Source of the DNA: Octopus bimaculoides
Lineage: Eukaryota
Reading direction: 5' to 3'
Length of the DNA stretch: 54,392 nt
NCBI RefSeq assembly: GCF_001194135.2
Contig: NC_068983.1
Coordinates: 70,874,624-70,929,015, forward strand
Of this stretch, positions 1-11,624 are shown piece by piece. The position numbers were made by a program, and so were the translations under genes. The first letter of the stretch is position 1, and the number at the start of each line of letters is the position of its first letter. The notes below the pieces were generated by a model. That model saw only the letters and a program-made list of their open reading frames with translations. It did no database searches and was not told the DNA's origin.

Positions 1-240
1 GTGCTCATGGGAACTGCCCATATCCTACGTAAAATACTGTCTATGTGATCTCAAATTTTAAAACAAACACAATTTTCTTATGATTTCTTAAACATTCTCT
101 AGAACAACACTATGTACAAATCTAAATATATGGTACCCTAGGCATAATACCTACATGAACTTCTAACTTATTGTCTCTTGAGGTCTCTGGGTGAGACTTG
201 GATCCAACTTGTACAAATGCAAAACAATAGTCAAACATAA
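1..240 (+). mobile_element. 3' end of an R4/Dong-like (restriction-like endonuclease) non-LTR retrotransposon: ORF C-terminus plus 3' UTR
   Basis: Frame 1 (1-48) reads VLMGTAHILRKILSM*, matching from memory the typical C-terminal 'vLlGTa.IlRkvL' motif of R4-clade ORFs. About 190 nt of UTR follow, then an (AAT)n tract. Confidence 0.75.
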
Positions 241-272
<32 letters not shown>

Positions 273-283
273 CAACAACAACA
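238..283 (+). repeat. (AAT)n(AAC)n tract, tail or target of the upstream non-LTR element
   Basis: Seen directly, immediately 3' of the element's UTR. Confidence 0.9.
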
Positions 284-284
284 T

Positions 285-463
285 CGCGAAATACCTTAGG
301 AATGAGAACCCAGGTTCGAAATTTCCCCAAGACACCTGATGAAGGCTGGAGAGTATATTAGCCGAAACGTTGTGTTAGCAATAAACACAATGAGGGCAAA
401 TAGCTGTGAAATGTAAATAATGTAAATAATGACCATAATTCCTCATCTCTTAAATATAGAACT
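285..463 (+). mobile_element. Penelope-like element terminal repeat fragment (hammerhead-bearing)
   Basis: Contains CTGATGA-A-stem-GAAACGTT, the layout typical of Penelope pseudo-LTRs. Boundaries are approximate. Confidence 0.65.
331..376 (+). ncRNA. Minimal type I hammerhead ribozyme (Penelope-associated, dimer-type)
   Basis: Stem I GACAC(331-335)/GTGTT(372-376). Core CTGATGA(336-342) plus an extra A. Stem II GGCTG(344-348)/TAGCC(359-363). GAAA(364-367). Palindrome AACGTT(366-371) replaces stem III. Predicted cleavage after GUU at 371. Confidence 0.75.
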
Positions 464-498
464 ATACTACTTTTAAGACGGAAAATGTTGTCAACAAA

Positions 499-570
499 TA
501 GCCATTGGAGTCGACCCCATGTTCCCTAAGACACCGGCTGAATACTTTCCCATTAAGCTAAACTGCCCGC
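499..570 (-). mobile_element. Degenerate tRNA-like SINE head
   Basis: Minus strand GGGCAGTTTAGCTTAATGGGAAAG (A-box-like) ... GGGGTCGACTCC (B-box-like). The cloverleaf is imperfect, so this is not a functional tRNA. Confidence 0.5.
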
Positions 571-1261
571 TGAAAACTTACCCACCGATTTTAGACGCTA
601 AATAGATAGCTTATTGAAATGTAACGACCACAACGCAGCATTGCCGTTAAAATAGCAGAAATAATGGGTAATATTAGCCTTACAAGACGGAAAAGCTTGT
701 CAACAAACAGCCATATCACTTTTACATAATCCAATATATTATGTCTTTTTAGTTCCGTTATTTCCCTGAAATGAGGCGACCTCATCTTCGTATTCAACTG
801 AGCTCACTACGCATGTCTGGTCGAGGAAGGAAGTAGCTGGGTTCCTGAAGTTACATTTTGGAGTGGATGCCTGCTGTGGCTTAAGTGTAATAATGTTTTT
901 CATTTTGAAGCTACAGCTGTTTCTAACAAATGTTTGTATGTATGTATGTATGTATGTATGTATGTATGTATGGACACTGGATATCTTGCCCTGGCTTCTC
1001 TCTCGATCATATCAATAGGGTAGTGACGGTCTGTGAGATGCTATGCAAGCCTTTTTGAACTTGAAATTGTAAGTCACGCAATCGCCAGTCAGGTAGGAGG
1101 GCTCCAAGGTGAACATGGAAGCCGCGGGTGGGAACCTGGTTGAAGCTGACTGCAGGTGCAATAACAATTAGCATGAGCCTTGCTGACATTTTGCATGAGC
1201 AACGTTCTGGGATAGTCTTCCTCGGTCGCGAGTGGACAGTCATCATGTATGCGTGTATGTA

Positions 1262-1420
1262 TGCCAGTATTCAGTTTTATTTCAAGATTGCTTGTCAATA
1301 GAGAATTTAAACTGCTTCAACAGGGTATTTTACATATATGTGTGTATATGTGCCGCATTTCGAGTCAGTAGATGTTCAGATTTGTATGTTTTGCTTTATG
1401 TATGCATTCTCATGCATGTC
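1262..1420 (+). repeat. Dispersed repeat, copy 1 (copy 2 at 2211-2410)
   Basis: Shared blocks TTATTTCAAGATT.CTTG.CAATAGAG, CAACAGGGTATTTT and CAGATTTGTATGTTT...ATTCTCATGCAT in the same order. Confidence 0.7.
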
Positions 1421-1622
1421 TAGACATGCTCATAAATACTTAAATGATAAACTTCTGGAAAGTTTTAAAGAATTTAACAAATCCAGTGGTGGCTAGGATC
1501 TATAATCTTCGAATCAGTTCTCTCCTCTCTGGTTTGAGAAGCCTTATTTCTCAAGATTGGGTCTTAAGCAGTATGTTACATATCCCAGTGCTCCAGTAAT
1601 TACAGGTATAAGCCTGAATTTA

Positions 1623-1942
1623 GTGAAGGCGCATGGCTCAGTGGTTAGAGCGTTGACCTTACGATTGTGAAGTTGTTAGTTCGATTTCCGGACCGAGCTG
1701 CGTGTTGTGTTCTTGAGCAAGACACTTTATTTCACATTGCTCCAATTCACTCAGCTGTAGAAATTAGTTGCGATGTCACTGGTGGCAAGCTGTATCGGCT
1801 TTTGCCTTTCCCTTGGATAACATCAGTGGTGTGGAGAGGAGAGGCTTGTATGGATGGGCGACTGCTGGTCTTCCATAAACAACCCTGCCTGGACTTGTGC
1901 CTCGGAGGTGCAATCCCATGGTCATTCATGACCGAAGGGGGT
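1623..1942 (+). mobile_element. tRNA-derived SINE, family A, near full length
   Basis: A box TGGCTCAGTGG, B box GTTCGATTTCC, CORE-like TTGAGCAAGACACTT. Collinear and highly similar to the copy at 25561-25899. Confidence 0.9.
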
Positions 1943-2053
1943 AACTGTAGATTTCTGAATAGTTCAGCGTAGGTATTTTTCTTTTCTCTAATCTTTTAGC
2001 TTTATGTTAACATCCGTCGGGCAGCTGATTTCCACCACTTTACACAGTTTCTC

Positions 2054-2084
<31 letters not shown>

Positions 2085-2210
2085 TGTATGTATGTATGTA
2101 TGTATGTATTATGTATGTATGTACGTATGTATGTATGCATGTATGTATTATATATGTATGTATGTATGTATGTATTATGTATGTATGTATGTATGTATGT
2201 ATGTATGTAT

Positions 2211-2410
2211 GTCATTATTCGGTTTATTTCAAGATTTCTTGCCAATAGAGTACGAACCGGTTTCTAACCTAGATCCATGTTTTTTTTATTGGAATTTCAA
2301 CATCAACAACAGGGTATTTTTGTTTGTATGTACGCATGTATGTATGTATGTATGTATGTATGTATGTGCAGATTTGTATGTTTCATGTATGTATTCTCAT
2401 GCATAGAGTT
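2211..2410 (+). repeat. Dispersed repeat, copy 2 (copy 1 at 1262-1420)
   Basis: Same three blocks as 1262-1420, embedded in (TATG)n. Confidence 0.7.
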
Positions 2411-3052
2411 ACATATTTTGACATGTATGTAATCATTGACTGCGGTGGAAATGCATGTATGCATGTTTGTATGTATGTATGTATTGCTGTATGTATGTAT
2501 GTATGTATGTATAAGCTCACCCTGTTTTTTCTTATTATTATAGTATTATACTTTTCTTCTTATAGCATTATACTTTGCAAAACAGAGAATAATTACTTTT
2601 TTTAAAACATACAGTACACAATGAATACAGGCCTAGATATCTTGCAATTTATTCAGATGACCAGTATCATGTCTTGACATCTTCATTGCTGACTAACATA
2701 TAATTTGAAATGTTTATTAATATGAATTGTATTTTCTGACAGCAGTTTTTACAGTGTATTTTAACACTTATGTTTCGAACCCTCTTAAAACCATACAGTT
2801 AAGTGTTTACTTGTTAAAATTCCCTTAGTTGATCCAGTAAAGCTTATAGATCAAACATCAAAGATAAAGGATCATTGAATAGGGGATAATTTTCTTTTTA
2901 ATTTACTAGATATCTTGTAACTTGCATATAATATACTTAGAAATTTTATTGAATTATGAGTGGAGTGTAAGTACAATAAATATTTTAGTTCTTCCTTCAA
3001 TTATTCAATGTTCATCGTTCGAATTGTTTTTATTATTTTCGCTATTAATAAT

Positions 3053-3270
3053 AACACGGCAAGCTGGGAGAATCGTTACCACGCCGGATAAAATACTTAG
3101 TGGCATTTTCTGAATGTACTTCCTGTGTTCAAATATCGCCGAGGGCCGACTTTGCCTTTAATTCTTTCGAGGTCGATATAACAAGTACCTGTTGAGCACT
3201 GGCGTCGCTGTAATTGACTATGTCCCATCCCCCAAATTTCGGCACTTGTGGATATAGTAGAAAAAATAAT
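3053..3270 (+). mobile_element. SINE family B, diverged copy
   Basis: Aligns by eye to 24867-25080 (GAATCGTTA.CACGCCGG...GTTCAAAT..CGCCGAGG.CGACTTTGCCTTT...AAGTACC.GTT...CACTGG.GTCG). Confidence 0.85.
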
Positions 3271-4482
3271 TAAATAGTAAACTAACTCCATGAAATATAG
3301 TGTAAACAATACATGTTAGCTTTTCGAGGAATCTATTTTGTGAGTCCTGAGAAGAAATTAAGTATGTAATCATTGACTGCGGTGGAAATAGCGGCCAAGA
3401 CACCTTTCGATTAAGCTGTGCCTGCCGTCTTAGATAAAGAGAAAAATAGATTTGATAATGCAATTGTAGTTACAATATTTTTGAATAAAGAAGGTAAAAA
3501 AATGCTTTTGATCATAGGTGATTTCTATAAGGGCTGACATAGGCAAATCTCTTCAACTACTAAGAGCAGTAGTAGTCATGACAACAACAATAGCCAGAGC
3601 AATTCCTTATTCTATGTATTCGATCTCAGTAAACATGTTTTCCAACTTCTATTTTTATTATATTTAGAAATAATCTTTGAAAGATCGTTTCCTGGCAAAA
3701 TATTGTTCACATACTCTAGTGTTTTGTTTTGTTTAAATTACATATTTTTTAGTATTGTTATTAAAGTCTGCATTCCCATTGTGGCAACATCGTCGAGTCA
3801 TGTCAAAAGTGAGATATGTATCAAATCTTAAGTTGTTAATTAACATAATCACAAGACTAGAATTGAAATTCTGAAAGTCCGTTGCACAGACATACCTTAC
3901 AATTCTAATGTAAGGAGTAATCAACAATGCTTTCACCCAGATGATCGTCGTAGTAAAAATAACAGCCAAATCTTCTAAAGTCACACATTGCTCGGAGAAA
4001 TCCTATACATGTTCTGCTAGAAATAGCAACCGAGTCTCATTCAACGCTTACTGCAACGTATTAGAAGAGATAATGTGGTTCTGGTTTCTACACTTTTTTA
4101 TCATCAGTATGAAAAAAATTGGCAACATCAAATACAAGTACTGAAATGACAAAAAGATTAGGGTGTCGGGGCTGGAATAACTTTCATTATACTTTTGCCC
4201 TACAGTGCCGACCTGGAGCTAAAGAATAATAATATTGCTAAAATTACACATTAAAAAATATTTCTTTCTTAAACGCTATCATATTCTTGTTGCTCTGAAG
4301 CAACAAGAATAAATTAATTTAAATATCCCTTTATAGAAATGTGTGCAAATAGTAATGTACGTATGGGTGTGTAGTATGAGGGCCTGTGTGTGTGTATGAG
4401 TGTGTGCGTGTTTGTGTGTGTGATGGTAGGAATTTTCACGTTTGCTTGATTTAAATAACTTTTCTTTTATATATTTTTTCAG

Positions 4483-4649
4483 CAATGACCGACGTTTGAA
4501 ACACTGTCATTTTGTTAGTTCTTCAAAGACGTCGTTGATTGCTGGAACTGACAGTTACAATGTTTTCTTGTACTTCCAAGACTACAGTTTTCAAAGGCAA
4601 TCAAGGAATGTTAATTACAACCAGGATAGATCTCTCCGATTTTAATTTA
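4483..4649 (+). other. Candidate non-coding (5' UTR) exon
   Basis: Strong acceptor ttttcttttatatattttttcag at 4482 and a GTAAGT donor at 4650. All three frames contain stops. Confidence 0.35.
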
Positions 4650-4845
4650 GTAAGTAAACTAATTTCGATCATGTTAGCTGATAATATATATTACATGTCT
4701 CAAAATCAAATTATAGAATCAATCTTTTAGCAAATTGTTTGATCCTCCTGAAACATGTAATCTGCAGTCCAAAAACAAAACGGGAAACGAGACAATACCC
4801 AAAAATCTATAATATATATATATATAACAAGTGTTTTATTATTAC

Positions 4846-4920
<75 letters not shown>

Positions 4921-5290
4921 AGAAAGAAAGAAAGATCAGAGGAAAACACTAGGTTGTTGAAAAAGTAATGTTAATAAGACATTAGTAATGCTACTGAAGA
5001 AACTGATAAAAGACATTAAAACAAAAACCAAAAGAGGGAAAATTTGAAAATTGTGGAATAATATTTATGAGACCCATTTATTGCAAAAAGATTGAAAAGT
5101 TCCGAAATCTCCCATCTACAGAAGGTAAAATTTAGTTTGAATGCAATATGTTGTACAAATAGAGGAATAAAATAAAGTTTATGAGTAATTATGAGCAATC
5201 GGCTATATGTATATACTGAATGGATATAGTATTAAAATAAAAATCTATTAATCACATTTCTGGAAGAAATTCTTGAGAACAAAATTTAAT

Positions 5291-7319
5291 ATGTTCTACA
5301 AAAAACCGTTAAAGTCTGCATCATTAGCGACTGAGACTAAAATCACAAGACCGAATGTTAAAGTTTCTAATCATCAAACTGAGACGGAAAGTAACCCTAC
5401 CGTTTTGAGGAAGGTTATCTATTACCAGAACCGGTTTGTTGTGATAGATACCGTTCAGAAAAATGATCTGTCTCCGTCGCTTCCTAAAAATTCCCAAAAT
5501 GATACAGTCGAGGATAGTACGGCCATTGGTTCTTCTAGTGAAGCAAAAGGTGTTAAGAATAATACTGATAACAGTAGCACAGGATTCTCCAAATTGGCAA
5601 CTATTGTTGAGGTTCCGACGGAAAAAGAGGAAAGTTCATTTGAAACGAGTGAGGAGCCTGCTGAAAGAGATAAAAACAATACAAATAAAAAGAATATGCA
5701 AGATAAAAATAATGCCTATCTGTTAAGTAATGAAAATAACATTCGGTATGATAACGTTGAAAACTGTTCATTTATGTGGTTATCACACCCCAGTCTTAGT
5801 TCTTTAACTCTGGCAAAGACCCCTTCCGAGAGCAGTCTGATTGATAGCCACGAGGCAATCGTCTCTAGTAGTTCAAAAGTTGTATGTCCATTAGCGAGTG
5901 TAAATGTTATTCAAGCAAGCGACGTTGACTTACTCGGTAATGTGACAATGACAGCGGCAGCTATAGCCGCAGCGATCAGTGGCATCACTATTAATATTTC
6001 AAATACAACGACAGCTGCAGTAGCAGATCCCCAGGTAACCTGCAGCACCGGAAAATTGCTAGAGCGCGTGCGCACTGAAAAAGCTGATGCCAGTCACTTG
6101 CCTACATTCCTGCCATCAGCCGGCTTGGCCTCACCAGCAGACGACGCTTTCAGTTCGCATGAAGACGCGTCCGATCTCCGCAGCCACCATCGGCTTGATA
6201 GCGCTGTCACGGACAGCACAGCCGAAGATTCACCGAGCAAAAGTAGTGAAAACAGCACTAAATCTCCAGATAGCCAAGATAACATTTTTCAAGGAGTTCC
6301 CTATTATAAATCACACACTCAAAGAGAAAGTGAACGAAGCTACAATTACGATTATCAAGGTGACCAGAGAGAGAAAACAGAAGAAAAAAAAGAAGAGGAA
6401 ATAGAAGCAACACAAAATAAAAAGGACAGCTGTAGAAGGAAAGAATTAAAAAGAAATAAACACGGACGACACAGCGCGGGTGTGAATGTAACTTTTCATG
6501 AAAAAACTGTCCTTAATGATTCAAAACATTTTAAATTGACAGACTGTGATAACGACGATGTCAGTGATGATACGAGAGTTTTAAAAGAAAAGCGAATCGG
6601 CGCTAGAGATAGAGGAATAATAATTACATCAACAACAGTAAAAGCAACAACAGTAACGAAAAGAAAATCACCAGCATCAAAAACAGCAGCAACAGCAACA
6701 ACAACAACAACTGTCAGAGCAGACGCAGTAGCAAGATCATCACCAGCATCAACAGCATCGGTAGCAGCAGCATCCCCAGTTACCATGGATACGCGGAGCA
6801 TCGAGATAATAGTGAACGATGAAAACGAGACAAGTCATGTAGGGTACAGCAGCAGCAGCAGAGGTGGCGGGGGCGGCGGTGCAGCAGGAGGAGAAGGAGG
6901 AGGATGCAGAAGAAGTAGGGAAGGAACTGGAGATGTAGACAATTTCAACAGCGACGGTGAACCCGGTAATAGTAGTCGTGTCAGTGGCGTCCGCTCCCTC
7001 AGCGGAGGGTCGCTCCCATCTGGTGCATCTCTGAACGCAACCAAGGGACGGACTTCGGTGAAAAGAGCTGCGAGTCGGAACAACAGCAGGGCTTCTATCC
7101 AGAATAAAAGCAGTATGGAGAAGAACATGACATGGAAAAGGATATCAAAGATACTGTTAGATGACCGGATGGGTGATATTGATGACCGTGAGAAGGTACT
7201 AAACTTAGATGAACCAGGGCAGTACCGAGTGTTGAAGAAAGTACTAAATATACTTTTTGTCACCATAGGGATCGCTCTGTTACTGGCCGTTATTGTCGTC
7301 GTTATCTACACTGCCATAG
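5291..7319 (+). CDS. Large coding exon of an uncharacterised single-pass membrane protein (long disordered N-terminus, TM helix at exon end); partial gene
   Basis: About 2 kb stop-free frame in AT-rich DNA, with higher GC and no dinucleotide microsatellites. First ATG at 5291 (the track starts at a TTG at 5273). RVLKK precedes hydrophobic VLNILFVTIGIALLLAVIVVVIYTAI (7241-7318). Consensus donor AG|GTAAGT at 7319/7320, phase 1. The true 5' boundary is uncertain. Confidence 0.85.
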
Positions 7320-7359
7320 GTAAGTTGACGCATTCGTTTTCTCTCCTTCCACCACTGTC

Positions 7360-7575
7360 ACCACTACCACCACCACCACCACCACCACCATCACTACCAC
7401 AATGCATTCATTGTCATCACCACTACCAGCAACACCACTATCACCACCACCATTTAATTTCCACCACCGCAAGCACCACCACAACCACTCCCACCACCAT
7501 ACAATCACCAACATTACCTTCAGTGCTCCTACTACCATTAACCCCCACCACCACCACCACCACCATCACCTCCAG
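7360..7575. repeat. (CAC/CAT/ACC)n-rich low-complexity tract at the start of the intron
   Basis: Seen directly. It explains the poly-Pro/His/Thr tail of ORF 5273..7663. Confidence 0.85.
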
Positions 7576-7899
7576 CTTTCGATATAGATCGTTAAAAACT
7601 TATCTTCTTGCTTTATTAGTTGTTGTTTACATGCTGATGAAAACATTACGACGCACGCAGTAAACCCATCCTTACGCAAAACGCACGTACGACCAACTAC
7701 CCAACATATAAACTAAAATTATAGACATAAAAATGCAATAGATACATCCACACATCTACATACAAGTGCTCACATAAACACTTATGCAAACGTCTACATA
7801 CAGGTTGCACGCTACCGTACATATTGGCAAACGAATGGTTGAGTCATGTTGTATAATATATTTTCATTGCACAACGAAGTTGACCGTTCTGAAGCAGCG

Positions 7900-8476
7900 T
7901 GTGTGCACACACATGTACGCACGCACACACGCATGCATGCACACACGCCCAAACGCGTATGAAAAGAAAATATATACACACACGCATATATATGTATATG
8001 TGTGTTGTGTGCATGTATGTGTGACTGTGTTTGTAAACACACAAACAAAACATGCATAACATTATATATATAATGCGACTTCGTGTATTTCTATTATAAG
8101 AATATACACAAGAGCGTACGTATATTCATAACAGGAATGTATCGGTATAGCTCCTGTATTGAGTATGATATTACAACTGTGCATACGTGTACATGAGTGA
8201 CTGCATGTATGTATATGCGAGTGTCTATGTGTGTGTGTACGCGCGCGTGTGTGCGAGCGTGCTTGAGTATGTACATTTCACTTAGGTCGTGTGTGAAGTG
8301 CGTGTTTGTGTGTGTGAATGTGGGTGTGTATGTGTATGTGTGCATGCAGAGATTATATGCAAACCCGTGTTTTATATATATATATATATATATATACACT
8401 CGCACACATGCGACTATACACAATTGCATTCCCACATACATATATATATACAGACATACATACATACGGACTTACG

Positions 8477-8512
<36 letters not shown>

Positions 8513-9326
8513 NNNNNNNNNNNNNNNNNNNNNNNNNNNNNNNNNNNNNNNNNNNNNNNNNNNNNNNNNNNNNNNNNNNNNNNNNNNNNNNNNNNNNNNN
8601 NNNNNNNNNNNNNNNNNNNNNNNNNNNNNNNNNNNNNNNNNNNNNNNNNNNNNNNNNNNNNNNNNNNNNNNNNNNNNNNNNNNNNNNNNNNNNNNNNNNN
8701 NNNNNNNNNNNNNNNNNNNNNNNNNNNNNNNNNNNNNNNNNNNNNNNNNNNNNNNNNNNNNNNNNNNNNNNNNNNNNNNNNNNNNNNNNNNNNNNNNNNN
8801 NNNNNNNNNNNNNNNNNNNNNNNNNNNNNNNNNNNNNNNNNNNNNNNNNNNNNNNNNNNNNNNNNNNNNNNNNNNNNNNNNNNNNNNNNNNNNNNNNNNN
8901 NNNNNNNNNNNNNNNNNNNNNNNNNNNNNNNNNNNNNNNNNNNNNNNNNNNNNNNNNNNNNNNNNNNNNNNNNNNNNNNNNNNNNNNNNNNNNNNNNNNN
9001 NNNNNNNNNNNNNNNNNNNNNNNNNNNNNNNNNNNNNNNNNNNNNNNNNNNNNNNNNNNNNNNNNNNNNNNNNNNNNNNNNNNNNNNNNNNNNNNNNNNN
9101 NNNNNNNNNNNNNNNNNNNNNNNNNNNNNNNNNNNNNNNNNNNNNNNNNNNNNNNNNNNNNNNNNNNNNNNNNNNNNNNNNNNNNNNNNNNNNNNNNNNN
9201 NNNNNNNNNNNNNNNNNNNNNNNNNNNNNNNNNNNNNNNNNNNNNNNNNNNNNNNNNNNNNNNNNNNNNNNNNNNNNNNNNNNNNNNNNNNNNNNNNNNN
9301 NNNNNNNNNNNNNNNNNNNNNNNNNN

Positions 9327-9361
<35 letters not shown>

Positions 9362-9524
9362 TATCGTGGAAACACTCACAAAAGAAAGCATACAGAAAGA
9401 TGTATTTCTCTGTTTGAAGTTATGTATGAGTGCATTAGTGTCTGCGAGATTGCGTTTGACTATATGTACGACAAGTGTGTGTGAGTGACTGTGTGTAGAG
9501 AGGGAGATACGTAGATCCACACAC

Positions 9525-9570
<46 letters not shown>

Positions 9571-10031
9571 GAAAACATATATACACATGGTCATATATGT
9601 GGATATGTAGAAATATATATTTATGCATGTAAGTACGCATATATGTGTGTATATTTGTACAAACACACACACACACACACACACATACACACACACACAT
9701 ACACACACACACATACACACACACACACACACACATATAAATATAGATAGATAGTTAAGGAGTGAGAGAGAAAGACAAAGAGAGAGAGAGGAGGAGAGAA
9801 AGAGAAAGTATTGTAATACACTTGCAACGACATGAATTGTTTTGTATTTAGTTAATAACATCTTTTTTTATCTTTTTCTGATTCGGTATTTCTTCAATGA
9901 GGTATGTATGGATGAGTACACACGCACGCACAGACATACACCCACACACACACACACACACACACAGACACCCATACTCACATATGTATGTATTTATATG
10001 ACTATATACATGTAATAGATACATGCATATA

Positions 10032-10083
<52 letters not shown>

Positions 10084-10209
10084 NNNNNNNNNNNNNNNNN
10101 NNNNNNNNCACACCCACACATACACATATTTCCGTATGTATGTGCATATACATGTGTAAATATATGAATATACGTACATACCTTTATGTATATGTATATA
10201 TAAGTATGG

Positions 10210-10242
<33 letters not shown>

Positions 10243-10249
10243 TGTATAA

Positions 10250-10317
<68 letters not shown>

Positions 10318-11329
10318 ATAGATAGATGTGATAATATATGTATTTACATATATATGCATATATGTATGTGTCTATAATAAGTATATTTATTTATTTATTC
10401 TTCGCGATTATATCACACAGGTGTGAGATGAAATTGAACGAAAGAAATTTCGTAGTTGAATTCGACAGAATCAAATTTTTTTTTTTTTTATACAAACCGG
10501 AGATTGAGTGCGTCGCAACTCAGAGTTTCTCGTTGCCGATGCTCGGGTGACTAAACTTATACACTTCAATTGAATGTTTTCGAGTTGCACTGAAAGGATT
10601 TGAGATGTTTATTCGAATATGTGCATTTAACAAAATTATGTAAATAAATAAGTATATAATGGGCAATAGACATATATAAAAACTCTACAAAAATGTATCA
10701 AAATGTAGAAATTCCTCACAAATGTTCTTTGTTGGCACTCATAAGAATTAGTGTAATTCGAAATCAATTAAGGAATTGGTAATGAAGGGTGCCATTTAGA
10801 AAGAGCACAAACTAGTGAAAGAGGTATGTGGGAGTATATGGCTCTTCTACAAGGAATTTCCGCCGAATTCGTAATTTAAATTTTGGGTGTGCGTTAGTAT
10901 TTGAGATATAAATAGCTTATAACTTGGCTGACGGTTGCTTTAGCTAAAAGGGGTTTGTTCAGGTCATGTCAGTCATATTAGTCATGTCATGCCAACCGTA
11001 GGTCATTGCAAGACACCTGTTTTAAGTGTTTTCCTATTACAATGCAATAGGATTGGGCGCGGCTTGCGGAATGCTTACACTCACGTACGCAACCTACACA
11101 CATACATGTGTTTGTACACAGTCACCCTGCCTAATACGCATACACATACGCACACATGTATGCAACGTGCACATATGTGAAATATGCATGTATGCAGACT
11201 ACAGAGAAACATACACACAGATATGCAGACATACATTTTTATATACAAATACGTATACTCAAATATATGCATCCCATATGTATATACATATAAAAATGAA
11301 TATGTGAGTGTGTGTGTATATATTCATGT

Positions 11330-11391
<62 letters not shown>

Positions 11392-11538
11392 GTGTATATG
11401 AGTATATATTATTATCAATATAATTTGTCGACTTTGTTTTTCATCTTTTCGTGGTTGAAAAATTAAGTACCAGTTGCTGGGGTTGATCTAATCGACCTAG
11501 CCCATTCCCCGAAATTTCTGGCCCCACAAAAAAGTGAT

Positions 11539-11624
<86 letters not shown>

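Noticed and set aside
1626-1700. tRNA genes at SINE heads (also 25563, 42893, 47694)
   Set aside because: A and B boxes are present, but there is no intact cloverleaf and each continues into a shared SINE body.
4085-4110. Other CTGATGA/CTGAAGA matches (here, and near 4995, 7634, 11798, 41485, 41946, 48503)
   Set aside because: None has a stem II followed by GAAA and a complementary stem I, so they are not hammerheads.
5273-7663. 796-aa single-exon protein as given in the ORF track
   Set aside because: It starts at TTG and runs past a perfect AG|GTAAGT donor into a (CAC)n tract. The biological exon most likely ends at 7319.
10955-11070. Two AGGTCA half-sites plus ATTGG/GC-rich motif as a regulatory element
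   Set aside because: Short motifs without canonical spacing, expected by chance.
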